A stretch of 63,432 nt of DNA, filler included, from Choristocarpus tenellus KU-1152 (lineage: Eukaryota > Protista > Phaeophyceae), in the NCBI GenBank assembly GCA_964200185.2. It is 8 parts of 8 records of this genome, joined end to end, with 100 filler letters (N's around TTAATTAATTAA, not from the genome) between each part and the next. Parts side by side here need not be neighbours in the genome. Positions count along the whole stretch, not along the records: positions 1 to 27,508 come from CAXNAD020000145.1; positions 27,609 to 35,653 come from CAXNAD020005231.1; positions 35,754 to 41,091 come from CAXNAD020011103.1; 5 more parts are not named here. One strand, 5' to 3'. This document shows positions 23,851 through 35,836 of this stretch, one piece after another. The notes beneath the pieces are model-generated. The model was not told where the DNA came from. It worked only from the letters and a program-made list of their open reading frames with translations, and ran no database searches. Made by a program: the position numbers and the translations under genes. Positions within the stretch are counted from its first letter, which is position 1. The number at the start of each line of letters is the position of its first letter.

Positions 23851-26800
23851 CCCTCTCTAACTACTGTCTGGGTGTGTGGGGAGGTTCCTTTTCTGAAACG
23901 GTCGGCGTTGGAAGGCGTTTGACTTTTACAAATTTCCGAGAAAGAGCGAAATCTTTTTGTTCTGTTTCATACAATAAAATGGTAACATGTAAGATCCTTA
24001 CACAAAAATTAAACTGTGTTTGACCTAATTGAAATACACCAAACACTAAGATACACCTACTATGTAGAATATCCAACCGCCATCACAACAACAATCGTTC
24101 AATGTTCCAATTTCTACCAATGGGATAATACAATAGTTTCTCCAAGTTCTATATATAGGAACCAACTTTAGTAGACTTCTACTCACCCTTTTAAAACTTG
24201 AGGTAATGAGCCCAAAATGTCACAGGAATAATATGTTAGTACCCAGAAAACCTTCGTTTGGGAGTGACGATAAGTGTGGCAGCAAAGGGACCGTCAAATC
24301 CTGCTTGTGTCAAATAATCTTAGTAACAACGTAGGTGGCACTGTCTAGACGTGTCATGCGTTTTAATTAAAGATGGAGTCATCAAGAAAATGGGCAGGAG
24401 AGGTTTGTTGGATTCTTGCGATGCTTCCCTAGCTCCTCATACTGACTGAGGGAATAGGTAGATTTGAGGCATAGTAGTAGTGAAATAACAAATTAGTGTT
24501 TTTCGCATTTGTGAAATTTTACTTAGGAATTTTTCTGACATAGTAAGTGTAATAAATTAGTGAATTGGCAAAGTGAATAAAATAATAAGAAAAATATTGG
24601 ATATTTTTCTTATTTGGTAATTATTATTAAAGTATATGAGAATACATACTATATTTTTGTGATGATGTCATTTCATTCTTAGTATTTTATTAGTCATAAT
24701 ATGATAAGAATCAGTATCATCATCAAACCACCACAAAGAATTGTAGAACACTAATACAACATTAACACCATATAATAGTAGTAATAGTGAGTATTAATAG
24801 TGGAGTATATCTTTACATGTAATTGTGTGGACATCACCTAATCAATCAATCAACGAAGAAAGTATATATTTTATCCCATTATTTTGCCGTTGGCATATAT
24901 GGGACTATTAAAATTGTATAATAATACATTCAACTTACGTAACGGTAATTGAATATATTAATTATAGTTCAATACTTTGAAGATATTGACAAACTATTTT
25001 ATGTTTTATTACAATGACGTTTTTGGTTGGGATGATACAGGGTTCGAACGAAGCAACTGAACTGAAGTTTTATCCCCATAAAAATTTCAGGTCATCAACT
25101 ATACTCTTTACATATCTCAAAATAAAAGATTGGTATGGACATCAATCACACCATACATCATAACTCCCTCCATAAACGATTTTTTTTGTGGTTCTTTGAG
25201 TTGGATCTGTCAGACCTGATTTTGTTGAAATTTATATAATATGAAGTTAAAAAATAAAACTAGAATGGTTTTGTGTGATGGGGGGTGATGAGAACCACCA
25301 GAGATGAGGTTTAGAAAGGAAGTGAAAGGTGAGACTGAGGCATGTTGGGTGTATGTTGACAACTTTAGAGTGCCATGTGGATCAATCTTCAATGTGATTG
25401 TTTGTGACCAGCCAGAACAGAGAACACAATCTCGGCTTTGGTGGTTGAATCCACTGTTCATGTCGGGGTTACCGCGTGACAGTCGTACGTCTGACCCACA
25501 ACACATCACTTGACCTGACCTCAATGAATGGCAAAAGGTGCCGCGCGCAAATGTATATGACCGCGCGTATTATCCTCATCAATGTCGGAGATCCCCAAAA
25601 AAGGTAAACTGTCCCTGACATATATATTATATTAATAGCACACTTTCTGTCACAACAGAAAATGAACATACTGTTACCAAATTGTGTTCTTTGTATCTAT
25701 ACTAGGTACGAAACCACGGTTGCTTCAAGTCTTAACACTACATACATGACACACCAACTAGGATTCGTCAGGATGGACTGACACGTCTCAAAGCGGTCAC
25801 CAGTCTTCTCCCCATTACAAGTCCATCTTTTCTTTCTCCTACTTCATAGTATGGTTCGCGGGCCCTTGGCACCTCCCCTATCTCTTCCTACATAATAAAC
25901 AGGTCAAATAAGCATTTTGAAACAATCTGGCTTCCACTCTCCTGCTTCTATTCAGGGTGGGGTTGTCCCCTAATCCCAGGGCACAGCCACTAAGGTCAGT
26001 TGTATCTTTTCACTGCACTTCTCTCGGCTCTTCCAGTCACCCTCCTGCCCCTTCTGACTCAGACATGCTTGTTGGAGTACTTGAAGCTCCTCTTCCAAAT
26101 GCTCTTCTAATAGTACATCTTCTTCAATCTGTTCCTCGTACATGTTTGAAGAAAGCTATACTAAGCTAGGGAAGATGGTGGCCTAAGGAGGAATAAAACA
26201 GGGATTTGGTTGCGTATCCTGTTGCAGGGGTAACACTTGCGTTTTTCGGGGAATTAATGACGGTCGGAATTGACATTGCAACAATACTAGTACAGTGCCA
26301 TGAGTTTCCGTAGTATGGTAAATGAATACTACTAATAGTATTGAACAATATTCAATCGGAACTCTAAGGGACTGAGGTGTCTGGAATATGCAGCAATCCA
26401 CCATACGATTAACTCTGGAGAATTTAATAGTACAACATGTATAAATATATGTGTCACCTCCTTATCTGAGCGTGCCAGTTGGATTGTTGGCACCTCATCT
26501 ATGCAGGTGGTCATGAGCAATCTGAAGTCTTCCAAAAGAATACTATCTTAATATTTGTATCGAATTGCCCTTCATACCTTCTTCAGTGCTGTGTAACGTT
26601 TTACTCTGTAGCCTCTTTCTGATGAATCGTGAAAGCAGGAACCCCAACCTCATACGCTGGGACAAGCTTTTTTGTAAAATGAAAACATTGCCCTTCTCCA
26701 AGTGCCTCTTCTTCCTCAACAACTGGCTCCGAATGAACATATCATTTATCAAGGAGGCATGTGTGTGCCTGCGCAAGGTCAGGAATAAACCAGCCCTCAG

Positions 26801-27354
26801 GCACACTCCGTGCAGTAGCAAGAGCTCTCCCTGTAGACCACCATAACTGAGGTCTGGTCATCCCTGTATATTGAGTGAGGAAGCAATGCATGGAGTTGAT
26901 GCCTTAAAGCATGGAGGTATGCAGATTGTGTTGGTCAGTGTGACTGACCTTGTAAAGTGGAATGACAACTAGCGCTACTGTCTATAGTATGAAGGAGGAG
27001 AAGCCAGAGTTCCAACTCTCTGTACTGTACTTTGCCCTTGCCAGTCCACATCTGGAAAAAAAAAGGGTGGTAAGGCAGGATGGATAGAAGTTCGTTGTGT
27101 TGCATAATGTATGTATATGCTGTCAAAAGGAACGTGGTTGAAGGTCATAAAACGGCGAAAGATTTTGTCGGAGTGGGTTAAAATACTTCGGCATTTCTAT
27201 ACAACCAAGAATTTGTTGAAAGTGATTAATGCTTTGCGAGAATTGACTGATGTTCCTGACATAGTTCCAAACTAATCACATATGCGAAATTTGAGCTTGT
27301 GCCCGGGTTACTTTCACTTTACTAACGCACACACACAACAATAATGAGTGGTCA

Positions 27355-27630
27355 GACCCAAAGTATCTGGGAGCGGGGGTGGTGGGCGTCCATTCGGAGC
27401 CCATTTTCCATGTCACGATTTTGGGGTGATTTGGTCGCATGGGATTTATGGATTATGTAAGTGCACTTCTCCTGGTCAGGGTCCGAATGGACACCCTGGT
27501 GTAGACCCNNNNNNNNNNNNNNNNNNNNNNNNNNNNNNNNNNNNNNNNNNNNTTAATTAATTAANNNNNNNNNNNNNNNNNNNNNNNNNNNNNNNNNNNN
27601 NNNNNNNNCCCCCCCAAGATACTTTGAGGC
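27355..27630. mobile_element. MITE family B (G/C-tract termini), spans assembly gap
   Basis: gacccaaagtatctggg..gaatggacaccctggtgtaga..[gap]..ccccaagatactttgag. Confidence 0.8.
27509..27608. other. Artificial scaffold linker N44-TTAATTAATTAA-N44 (also 35654-35753, 41092-41191, 45680-45779, 49270-49369, 56597-56696, 60764-60863)
   Basis: Seven identical 100-nt blocks; the 12-mer places stop codons in all six frames. Confidence 0.97.
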
Positions 27631-28114
27631 AGGAGCTTTAAGCGTAAGACTACCAGGGTTCATGCATCACTCCCCCTTGTGTTATTTGCCATTTGAGGGG
27701 ACCTTGTCACCTAGGTTGAGGTTCTTTAAACACTTCTTTGTTCTTGTTGGTATCAAACTCATTTGAGATCAGGTCTGGATGTTGGAAAGATATTACCTTT
27801 GTACTCAAGGTCAAGCATTTGGTGTGTGGAATGTGCTGACCGCATGACATGTTCTACAAATATATATTTTTTCTGTACTGTTTGTACCGCTTGACTTGGC
27901 CTCAAGCTGGACGTTGCATACCCTAGGCACCACCAGATCAGTTTAGTTTGAGTGTTTTTCAACGCCAATATGCAGTTATGTTGGTTGTCCCTATTCACTG
28001 ATTCCCCTTCCCATCCCCACTTTCATCTTGGCCTTTTGCTCAACCTCTATTGTGTACATACAATGCTTTTTACCACGACTGCCAATCACTCTGCCTTCGG
28101 AAGGAAATACCCAG

Positions 28115-31100
28115 GTTTAGGTCAGACAGCGGTGGAGGAGAAGAGGCTGAAATGAGATTCTACAAGGAAATAGGCATTATGACGTCAAAGGTATGTGGGT
28201 GCTACAATGTATGCAGCACCATGTTGTGTCCTTGAGGACATTTACGAAATATTAGGTGGGAAGGTGGTGGCTATTGCATAGGACACCTACTCTCTCATGT
28301 CTGACAAGGCCCGTACCAAGAATCTGGGAGTTTTTGCAAGGGACCAAAATGCCTAATCCAAAGCCTAGCTCTGGCAACTCCTCACACTGCTGCTCGGTGC
28401 CTTGTCTATAATGCCATACTCATAATGCCATACTCATAATGCCATACTCATAACAGACCTCTGAATATCGAGAAAGAAGTCTAGATAATTTTGAGTCAGC
28501 CATTGAGATCCTCACTGGGCAAGGACATATGGAAGAGAGGGCAAAAGCACAGGTGAAGCGAAAGATGGTGCCCAAATATGAAATTATTGCCTTCCTGCCC
28601 TTGTGAAATTTCGACATTGGACTTAACCTAGCTCCTAATCCACTTTGACTGCTTGGGTCCCAACCAATGGAATGACTGATTCTTTGATCATGAGCTATCA
28701 AGCCATCTGCATCATCTGTCTACCAAAATACCAACCCAATAATTAACATTTGTAGAGTCCCCCTCAATCTGACTTGGAAGCAGCTCCTTGATATCTCTTG
28801 CATAGACATTCCATTCCATACCTTTCTTTCCCTTCATGAAGGCCGAGCTGGCCCGGGGTCTGCTACGGAGGATCACTGGGAGCCCCATAGAGAGTCGAGA
28901 GTTGGCTCTTTCTCACCTTGAGGACGCTATTCAGACATACAAGGTATGACCCGAAACATTTAACAGGGTGGGAGGTTTTCCCTGTTTGTCCGTTTGGGGC
29001 TTGACTTCCCACGGATTTTTTACCCTTTTCCGGTTTTCTGTGTAAACATAGTTACCTAAAATGTTTACGACTATGAAAGGTGTGTTCGGAGCAAGGATAT
29101 TGACACTTGATTCAAACACGATAGACAAAACTAATCAAAATCCCAACATTGGATTCATGACCCCAAATGGATGTGACCCTACCCTCTTATATGCTTCTGG
29201 GTCTAAGTTTATTGCCCTCTTGTGGAGGCAAGGGATATAATCAAAGGGGTTGATGGGGCATTGTCTTGTGGATAGACTTGAGCAAGGAAGTTGCTTTCCA
29301 GGTGTGAACTGCATCAATTATGCTGTGGAAACATTTCTTGCTGTGCCCAAAGTATCTTGGGGGGTGGGGGGTTCTACACCAGGGTGTCCATTTGGGTCAT
29401 AACCAGGAAAAGTGCACTTACATTATCCATCCGAAGCATGCAACCAAATCACCCAAAAATCGCGACATGGAAACAATTGGCCCCAAATGGACAGCTGCCA
29501 CCCCCCACCCCCAGATACTTTGAACCTGCAATTTGAGTAGTGGTGCGATTATGGTCTCCATGGATGTACAAATGAGGGGTGATGTGTTGATGTGATGTGA
29601 TCTATTGGGAGAGAAACGACACACTGTTTGAGCAAGTGGGTTATACGTGTGCTTGTGTGTGTTTGTTTGTATTTATGCGTGGGTCAAAGTATCTTAGACG
29701 GTAGAGCCGCGTCCGTTTGGGGACCAAAATCCAATGTTACGTTTTTGATGTAATTTTGGCTATCGTGTTTGTTAGGAAGTGTCAATATTCTTGTTCTGGA
29801 CACACGTTTTCATATTGTACACATTTTACCTACTCCTAAACATCTCGGAGTAGGAAAATGTCATATAAAACCCGTGGGAAGTCAAGCCCCAAATGGACAA
29901 AAAGGGGAACACTTGTACCCTCTAAGATACTCTCACTCTGTGTTTTTTTTCTGCACGAACATGTGTAAGTGTGCATGCCTATATCTGGTGTGTTAATGGT
30001 TGGTTGTGTGTAGAAGCTGAAGAGTGGGATTCCTCGTATCTAGCAGCATGTAGACAGTCTTGGAGGCAATAAAATAGCATTTTGGCAAAAGATGCTCAGA
30101 AACCTGTGTCATATACACAATAAATTTGATCTTTGACGACAATGGAAATGACACAGGAAAAAGTGTGTTGGGGAAAGCCATCTAATTGTAGCGATGCTGT
30201 CTCCAAGGAGTACCAGCTCTAGATTGAGGAAAAAAGGTTTATGGCATCCATGCCAGCTATAGATCTCCTCTATCATGTACAGGCGGTGAGGGTTGGTAGC
30301 CTTTGTATATCTGGCATTGTAATGCTGCACACTGTCTACTCCTCACTCCATAGGTGTCCCTGATAACAGATGAACTCTGCCTTAAGCCATGTTCCCCATT
30401 TTAGCCATTTCTTCTCCAACAGCAGTTAGCACTACATACACCTGTATCTCTGACTTTCACTTGATCTTCTTCCTCTCCGACCCAATGTATCTGGGAGGGG
30501 GGGGGGGGTCTACACCAGGGTGTCCATTTGGACCAAAATCAGGAAAANNNNNNNNNNCCCAAAATCGCGACATGAAAAAATTGACCCCAAATGGACAGCC
30601 ACCACCCCCTCCCAGATACTTTGAGTCTTCTTTCAACTCTCTTCCCCTCATCCTCTTTAAATTCATGTTTTCAATATGCCCATTACAACTTAGACCATAT
30701 TTGCTATCCCATCCTCCTCCGCTTTCCTTATGCTGACCCTGAGGAGACCCTACTATCCAGTGGACTCCTTGGTCCAGAGAGTCACCTGAGGCGTGCAAGG
30801 GATAATGGCCCTGCCCATGCCTACTACTCACCCTCAGAACTAGCCCATGCAGAAGTAACACCGGACTCCGCACCAGACACCACAGGGGCAGTCTCAACTT
30901 CTCCGAAGTCCAGAAAAGTAAAAAAAAGCTCGAACTGGCTTGGGAAGAACAGAAAGGGTGACAAAAGTGGGGGGGATTCACAAGGGAGCAAAGATGGTGG
31001 CGGGGGAAGCAGAGAGGGCGTTAGTCTAGCCCCTCTGAGAGAAATTGGAGTCCGTGCAGCATATGGGTGGGTATTAGGAGTCACAGGTAAACTCTGGCTG

Positions 31101-34100
31101 GAGAAGAGTTCCATGACTGGTGGTGGGGATGAGGAAGCAAGGAGGCAGGCCGTGGACTGCCTCACAAAGGCTGTTGAGGTGGGCGGATTTAGAGGGACTG
31201 AGTTATGGAACTATGGACTGTTGAGATTGTTACTCTGTATGACATTTTATAGCTCCGCATTGCTTACAACCCTCTTCCTGTGGGAACAGATTGGATTGGT
31301 GTCAGTAAGAGGTAGCGGTGCTAGAAGGAGCAATGAATCTTGAGTGAAATCATCTTGGAGGGTACGAGTTTTGCCCTGTTGGTTCATTTGGGGCTTGGCT
31401 TCCCATGTTTTTTAAAATAATATTTTCCTACTCCAATATGTTTCGGTGTAGGTAAAATGTGTATCTTATGAAAAAGCGTGTCCGAACAAGGATATTGACA
31501 CTTCCTATCAAATACGATAGTCAAAATTACATCAAAATTGCAACATAGGATTTTTTTCCCTCAAATGGACGCGGCTCTACCCTCTAAGATAATTTGACTC
31601 TCTTCCCAGGGCCTTGACCCTAGACCTGTAGGTCATTGCTAAGATCTCACTATAGAAGGTGGAGGGGTCGGAGTGACTACAGAAATTGTTTTCTAGCATC
31701 ACCTTATGTGTTCATTGCCTGGACCGACACACAGTTGAATCTTTTCAATCGAGAAAACTGTGGTTGTGAAGCAGGGATCTGATTGGGTCCGCCCTCCTTC
31801 TTGTTGTGAAGACCACAATCAATCCATTGGTTTTGGAAGCCTTTCCTGATGGCAGTGTACCAATGTCTAGGTAGCTGCACGAAATTGTGCTCTCTTATTT
31901 TATCCCTCTGCAAACACAATGCTCCTTGTGGTGACTGAGTGAAAGTATCTTAGGGGGTACGAATTTTTGTCCTGTTTGTCCTGTTTGTCCTTGTAGGGCT
32001 TGGCTTCCCATGGGTTTTGTTGACATTTTACCTACTCCGAAACATTTTGGAGTAGGTAAAATGTATATGTTATGAAAAGGAGTGTCCAGACAAGGATAAT
32101 GGCATCTCCTAACAAACATGATAGTCAAAATTACATCAAAATTGCAACATCGGACTTTGGTCCCCAAATGGACGAGGCTGTACCCTCTAAGATACTTTGA
32201 CTCGACTCATGCAATGTTTCCCACCACCTCAAATTGGTTCTACTGTAAAGGTTATTCGTGATGGCACAAGGGATCGAGCAGAAGCATTGATGCTCCTTGC
32301 AAGGGCAAAATCAGACTTAGGGTATAGTTCAAACTATGCATGGGAGGAAGCAGCAGCTCTAGAGAAAGGAGTAGGTCACTTGAGGGAAGCTATGGAGGTG
32401 CGTGGCATGAACTCTATTGCAAACGTCAAGTGGTTGAATCGCTCGGGTCGGAGAAGGCATGTAGTACTTGCCCGATCATATTTTATCAGTGTCAATGGCT
32501 GGTACTATGTAACTATCGAGGAAGGAAAGGCAGAAACCCTAGGTCCAGGGAACATTCTGCAGTCCAGACGCTTGCACATCATAATCCATAGGAAACTATT
32601 TGTTGTGAAAAAGCTTGATGGCCTGCTACATACACATGAAACTTGACTCACTCATAGGCCCATAGCACTAAACATGTATAGTAGACGTCCCTCAGGGAAC
32701 GATTGTTCTCCCCTTGGTTACAGCAACCCAATACAGACCGATCACCTTCCTAGGAAGGCAAGGCATGCTTATTTATTGAGGATAGCCAAACCTAGACTTG
32801 ACGAATATTAACAAGGAGGACTGCTCTGAGAGTGTTTTGTTTTCAGGATTCTGAGGTAGAATAGAGCGGTACATACGAAATTGTTTTATTGAACCTTCTC
32901 CTAATGTCTTCAACATTGCTGCACCTCCCCACAGTTGATTGAGATGCTTGAAGGGAATCATATTCCCCCTAAACTCTTTTCTCTAGAAGTAAAAGTAACC
33001 TCTTATGTATGGACATGGAGGGGGTGGGAGGTGGTAATGCCTCTGACAGCAGATACTTGCATCAAAGCAACTTCTCTTCAAACTATATTTCTACAGCTAT
33101 CTCATCACCTTTCTGATGAGAATATCTTCAGTGGAATTTGGGGGCACAAAATTTCTAATTCCCCCTTATATTCCAACATTCATAAATGGGAATGAATGTG
33201 CGTTACATATTTCAAGGCAACAAATGCACCATTGACTTGCACTCAATCCATACAATGCCTCTAAATCAATAGCTCCAATCTCTCTGCCATCGCCATTCAA
33301 AACCTTACAAGTCCCTTGCCCCAACTGCCAGAGATATTGGATGAAGTTGCTACATCTCATGTCAGTATATCTCGCCCCATGCCTGTATCCAATAATGCTG
33401 GGCACCAGCGACCAAATATTAGCCTCCAAGAGACTTAATCCCTCTTTCCAAGAATTTGCAGAATCACTCTTTTCCCCCTTACCAATCTAACGGAGCAAAT
33501 GTGGGAAAATCATCTGACAAAAACGACAAGCTTGACCCTGATCAAACCACCATGTCCTTTCCCAAAACCTCAATTTGTGAACAACCGGCGACTATTCCAC
33601 CTTGGTGTCAATACAGCGCCTTCTATACCCCCCCCCCGCTCCTTTACACCCCCAATTGTCCTCTCTTCTCCTCGCTGGCAGACATGCCCAGAGAATCAGT
33701 ACCTTGTTCGCCAGCAACTACACTGGCACCTTGGTCGCCTAGTGCTTTACCGCTTACAGAAATGCTGCATTGATGATGAAGATAGTCAGGGCCAGGATGC
33801 ACAAGAGAGGGCTGGGACGAAGACAGACGATCTTACTGAAAGTGACAAAGTTGGGAGTGAGGAGCTGGTTGATGAGAACAGTGTTGCAGATGTGGAGAAG
33901 CGAGGGGGGGAGAGTGGACAGGTGGGAAAGTGGAGGGGGCGTCTTCCGCTGTTGAGATTGAAGAAAGAAGCTCACCATAATTTGACCATGGCAGCAGAGC
34001 AGGCAAGCGCCTTGTCTGGAAGGGCCAGTGCTCTTGGTGCATCTCGCAAGGGGTTAGAGGCTAAGGACGAACATGTGCATCGAGTGAAGAGGTGTGAGGC

Positions 34101-35122
34101 ACTAGCGAGAGTTGAGTTAGCCAAGCTAAGCCTCACTGGGGGTGGGTTGAAAGATCAAGGAGTGACAGGGACGGAAGTGGGACAACGAGGAGGGAAGAGA
34201 GACATTGTGAAGGTAAATGTGGAATGTATGCGTGATAGGTGGTGCATGAAGGCGTTCATATCCTTTGCCTCTATATAGCATGAATTGTTAGATACAAAAA
34301 GTTGCTCGAAAAAACCTCTGCAGCACAAGATCACTGCTTGCTACAATTCCTCCCGTCAGCTCTGTCTCGTCTTCCCTAAAATACCACACCTATCCTTCCT
34401 CTGCCTCTCATCCCACAATTGTTGATTGTAATCCTTTTGCCTTTGGCCGACCCAACTGATCTGATAGGACCCGACCTCAGCTGTGACACACCTGCGTTTT
34501 GCCCTAGGGGGAGCGTTTACCCTTGAAGATGCCCCAGCGGAACACCTGACGTCTCTGTGCCTCCTCGCTGAGGCGTTTCGCGACCTTGGTCAACTTAAGA
34601 AAGCTGTGGGGGCATACAGGTACAGTGGAAGTCAACCCTATGAGTTGGGTGGGAGCACAAAGGAAAGGTGCAGTGTAACAAGTTGTGAAGAATGAGGTGA
34701 GAGAGGAGAGACCATCAAACCTAGAGGCAGGCCAGGAGTGTCTTGTCTCCATCTCTAAGACTCTCTGCACTTGGGTTTTGCTATTCTTTTTTTCCATGTC
34801 ATCCATAGGTCCTTCTGGTCAAGTCTCGCACTACACAATCCCCTAGTATACAGGAATGTTAGTCCTTTGAGATCTTATTGAGATATCCCTTATCCTCACC
34901 CTGTATAAGTAGATCTTCTTCCACTCCCTCCCTCTTCCTCCTTCCCCCCCCCTTCTCCCATACACCCATATGCCCTGGGAAAATTACATTGCTCCTAGAG
35001 AGGCAGCTAGAGCTACTCCTGTCCTCCTTGGGCAGCTCCATTACATTGAACCGGCACTAAACCCTTGGCTTCAGGATGCAAGCACAGGGAAACGGAGTGA
35101 CGGTGTCCCAGGTCCCAGCCAG
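28115..35122 (+). CDS. TPR-like alpha-helical repeat protein, partial; exons approx. 28115-28190, 28842-28943, 30744-31178, 32251-32397, 33682-34212, 34468-34619, 34999-35122
   Basis: Phase-compatible GT-AG exons encode repeated helical units: AELARGLLRR..LALSHLEDAI, RRQAVDCLTKAVE, AEALMLLARAK..GVGHLREAME, LLAEAFRDLGQLKKAVGAYR. Start and stop codons were not identified. Confidence 0.65.
28408..28452. repeat. 14-bp tandem repeat x3 (ATAATGCCATACTC)
   Basis: Direct inspection. Confidence 0.9.
28948..29203 (+). mobile_element. MITE family A variant (GACCC..GGGTC termini)
   Basis: Same internal sequence; inserted 4 nt after a predicted splice donor. Confidence 0.82.
29344..29526. mobile_element. 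MITE family B, full copy (~183 bp)
   Basis: cccaaagtatcttggggg..tctacaccagggtgtccatttggg..ccccaaatggac..cccagatactttgaacc. Confidence 0.85.
29681..29938 (-). mobile_element. MITE family A, reverse orientation
   Basis: gggtcaaagtatcttagacggta..taccctctaagatactctcactc. Confidence 0.88.
30479..30627. mobile_element. MITE family B (internal 10-N gap)
   Basis: Same termini and internal motifs. Confidence 0.82.
31342..31600 (+). mobile_element. MITE family A, flanked by TCTT direct repeat
   Basis: TIRs and internal homology; tctt on both sides. Confidence 0.88.
31937..32203 (+). mobile_element. MITE family A, flanked by GACT direct repeat
   Basis: TIRs and internal homology; gact on both sides. 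Confidence 0.88.
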
Positions 35123-35626
35123 GTAGGATCAACATCACTGGATTCTAGGGGCACATTGAACTGCAACGCCAGTGTTTAGTTGTCAGCTACAGGGCTTTGG
35201 TTTCACTTACATAGCCTCACAGGGCAGGCCCCTACTATGAGCACGTGAACACCTCAAGGAACAATAGTCCAGCCACTCCTCCAGTTCCTGTCTCACTGCT
35301 ACAAACTGCACCTCATATCAGATGTTATAATAAACATATTTCGAACTAGCAGACACTTCTTTTCGGACTAATGGCAGAATACCCCTGCCCAGGACTAGAT
35401 TGCACCCTACCCATGACATACCTACCCGTGCAATTGGAGATTAATTTTGTTGCAACAGTAATTTGAAGAAAAAACTGCAACCCCCTGTGACTATCTATCC
35501 GACTGCTATGCCGGACTCTACACCAAAATTTCTGTTGTGGTGATGATAATAGTTGATATTGCAGGGTTTGGGATATTGGAAGGACCGGCAACAATAGTTC
35601 TCTCTCTATGTATACATTTGCCTACC

Positions 35627-35836
35627 GACTCAAAGTATCTGGGGGGGGGGGTGNNNNNNNNNNNNNNNNNNNNNNNNNNNNNNNNNNNNNNNNNNNNTTA
35701 ATTAATTAANNNNNNNNNNNNNNNNNNNNNNNNNNNNNNNNNNNNNNNNNNNNTACATCATCCATCCGATGTATGCAACCAAATCACACAAACATTTTGA
35801 TATGAAAAAATTGACCCCCCCCAGATACTTTGAGCC
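35627..35836. mobile_element. MITE family B, spans assembly gap
   Basis: gactcaaagtatctgggg..[gap]..catccatccga..caaccaaatcac..ccagatactttgagcc. Confidence 0.8.

Noticed and set aside
26160-26850. piggyBac-like relic (LSPLEFRLNIV, RKCYPC) or a plus-strand gene across 25.3-27.3 kb
   Set aside because: Catalytic motifs are not recognisable, and no consistent exon chain could be built on either strand.
27553-27564. Recurrent TTAATTAATTAA as a biological motif or piggyBac target
   Set aside because: It is always centred in identical N-blocks, so it is an assembly linker.
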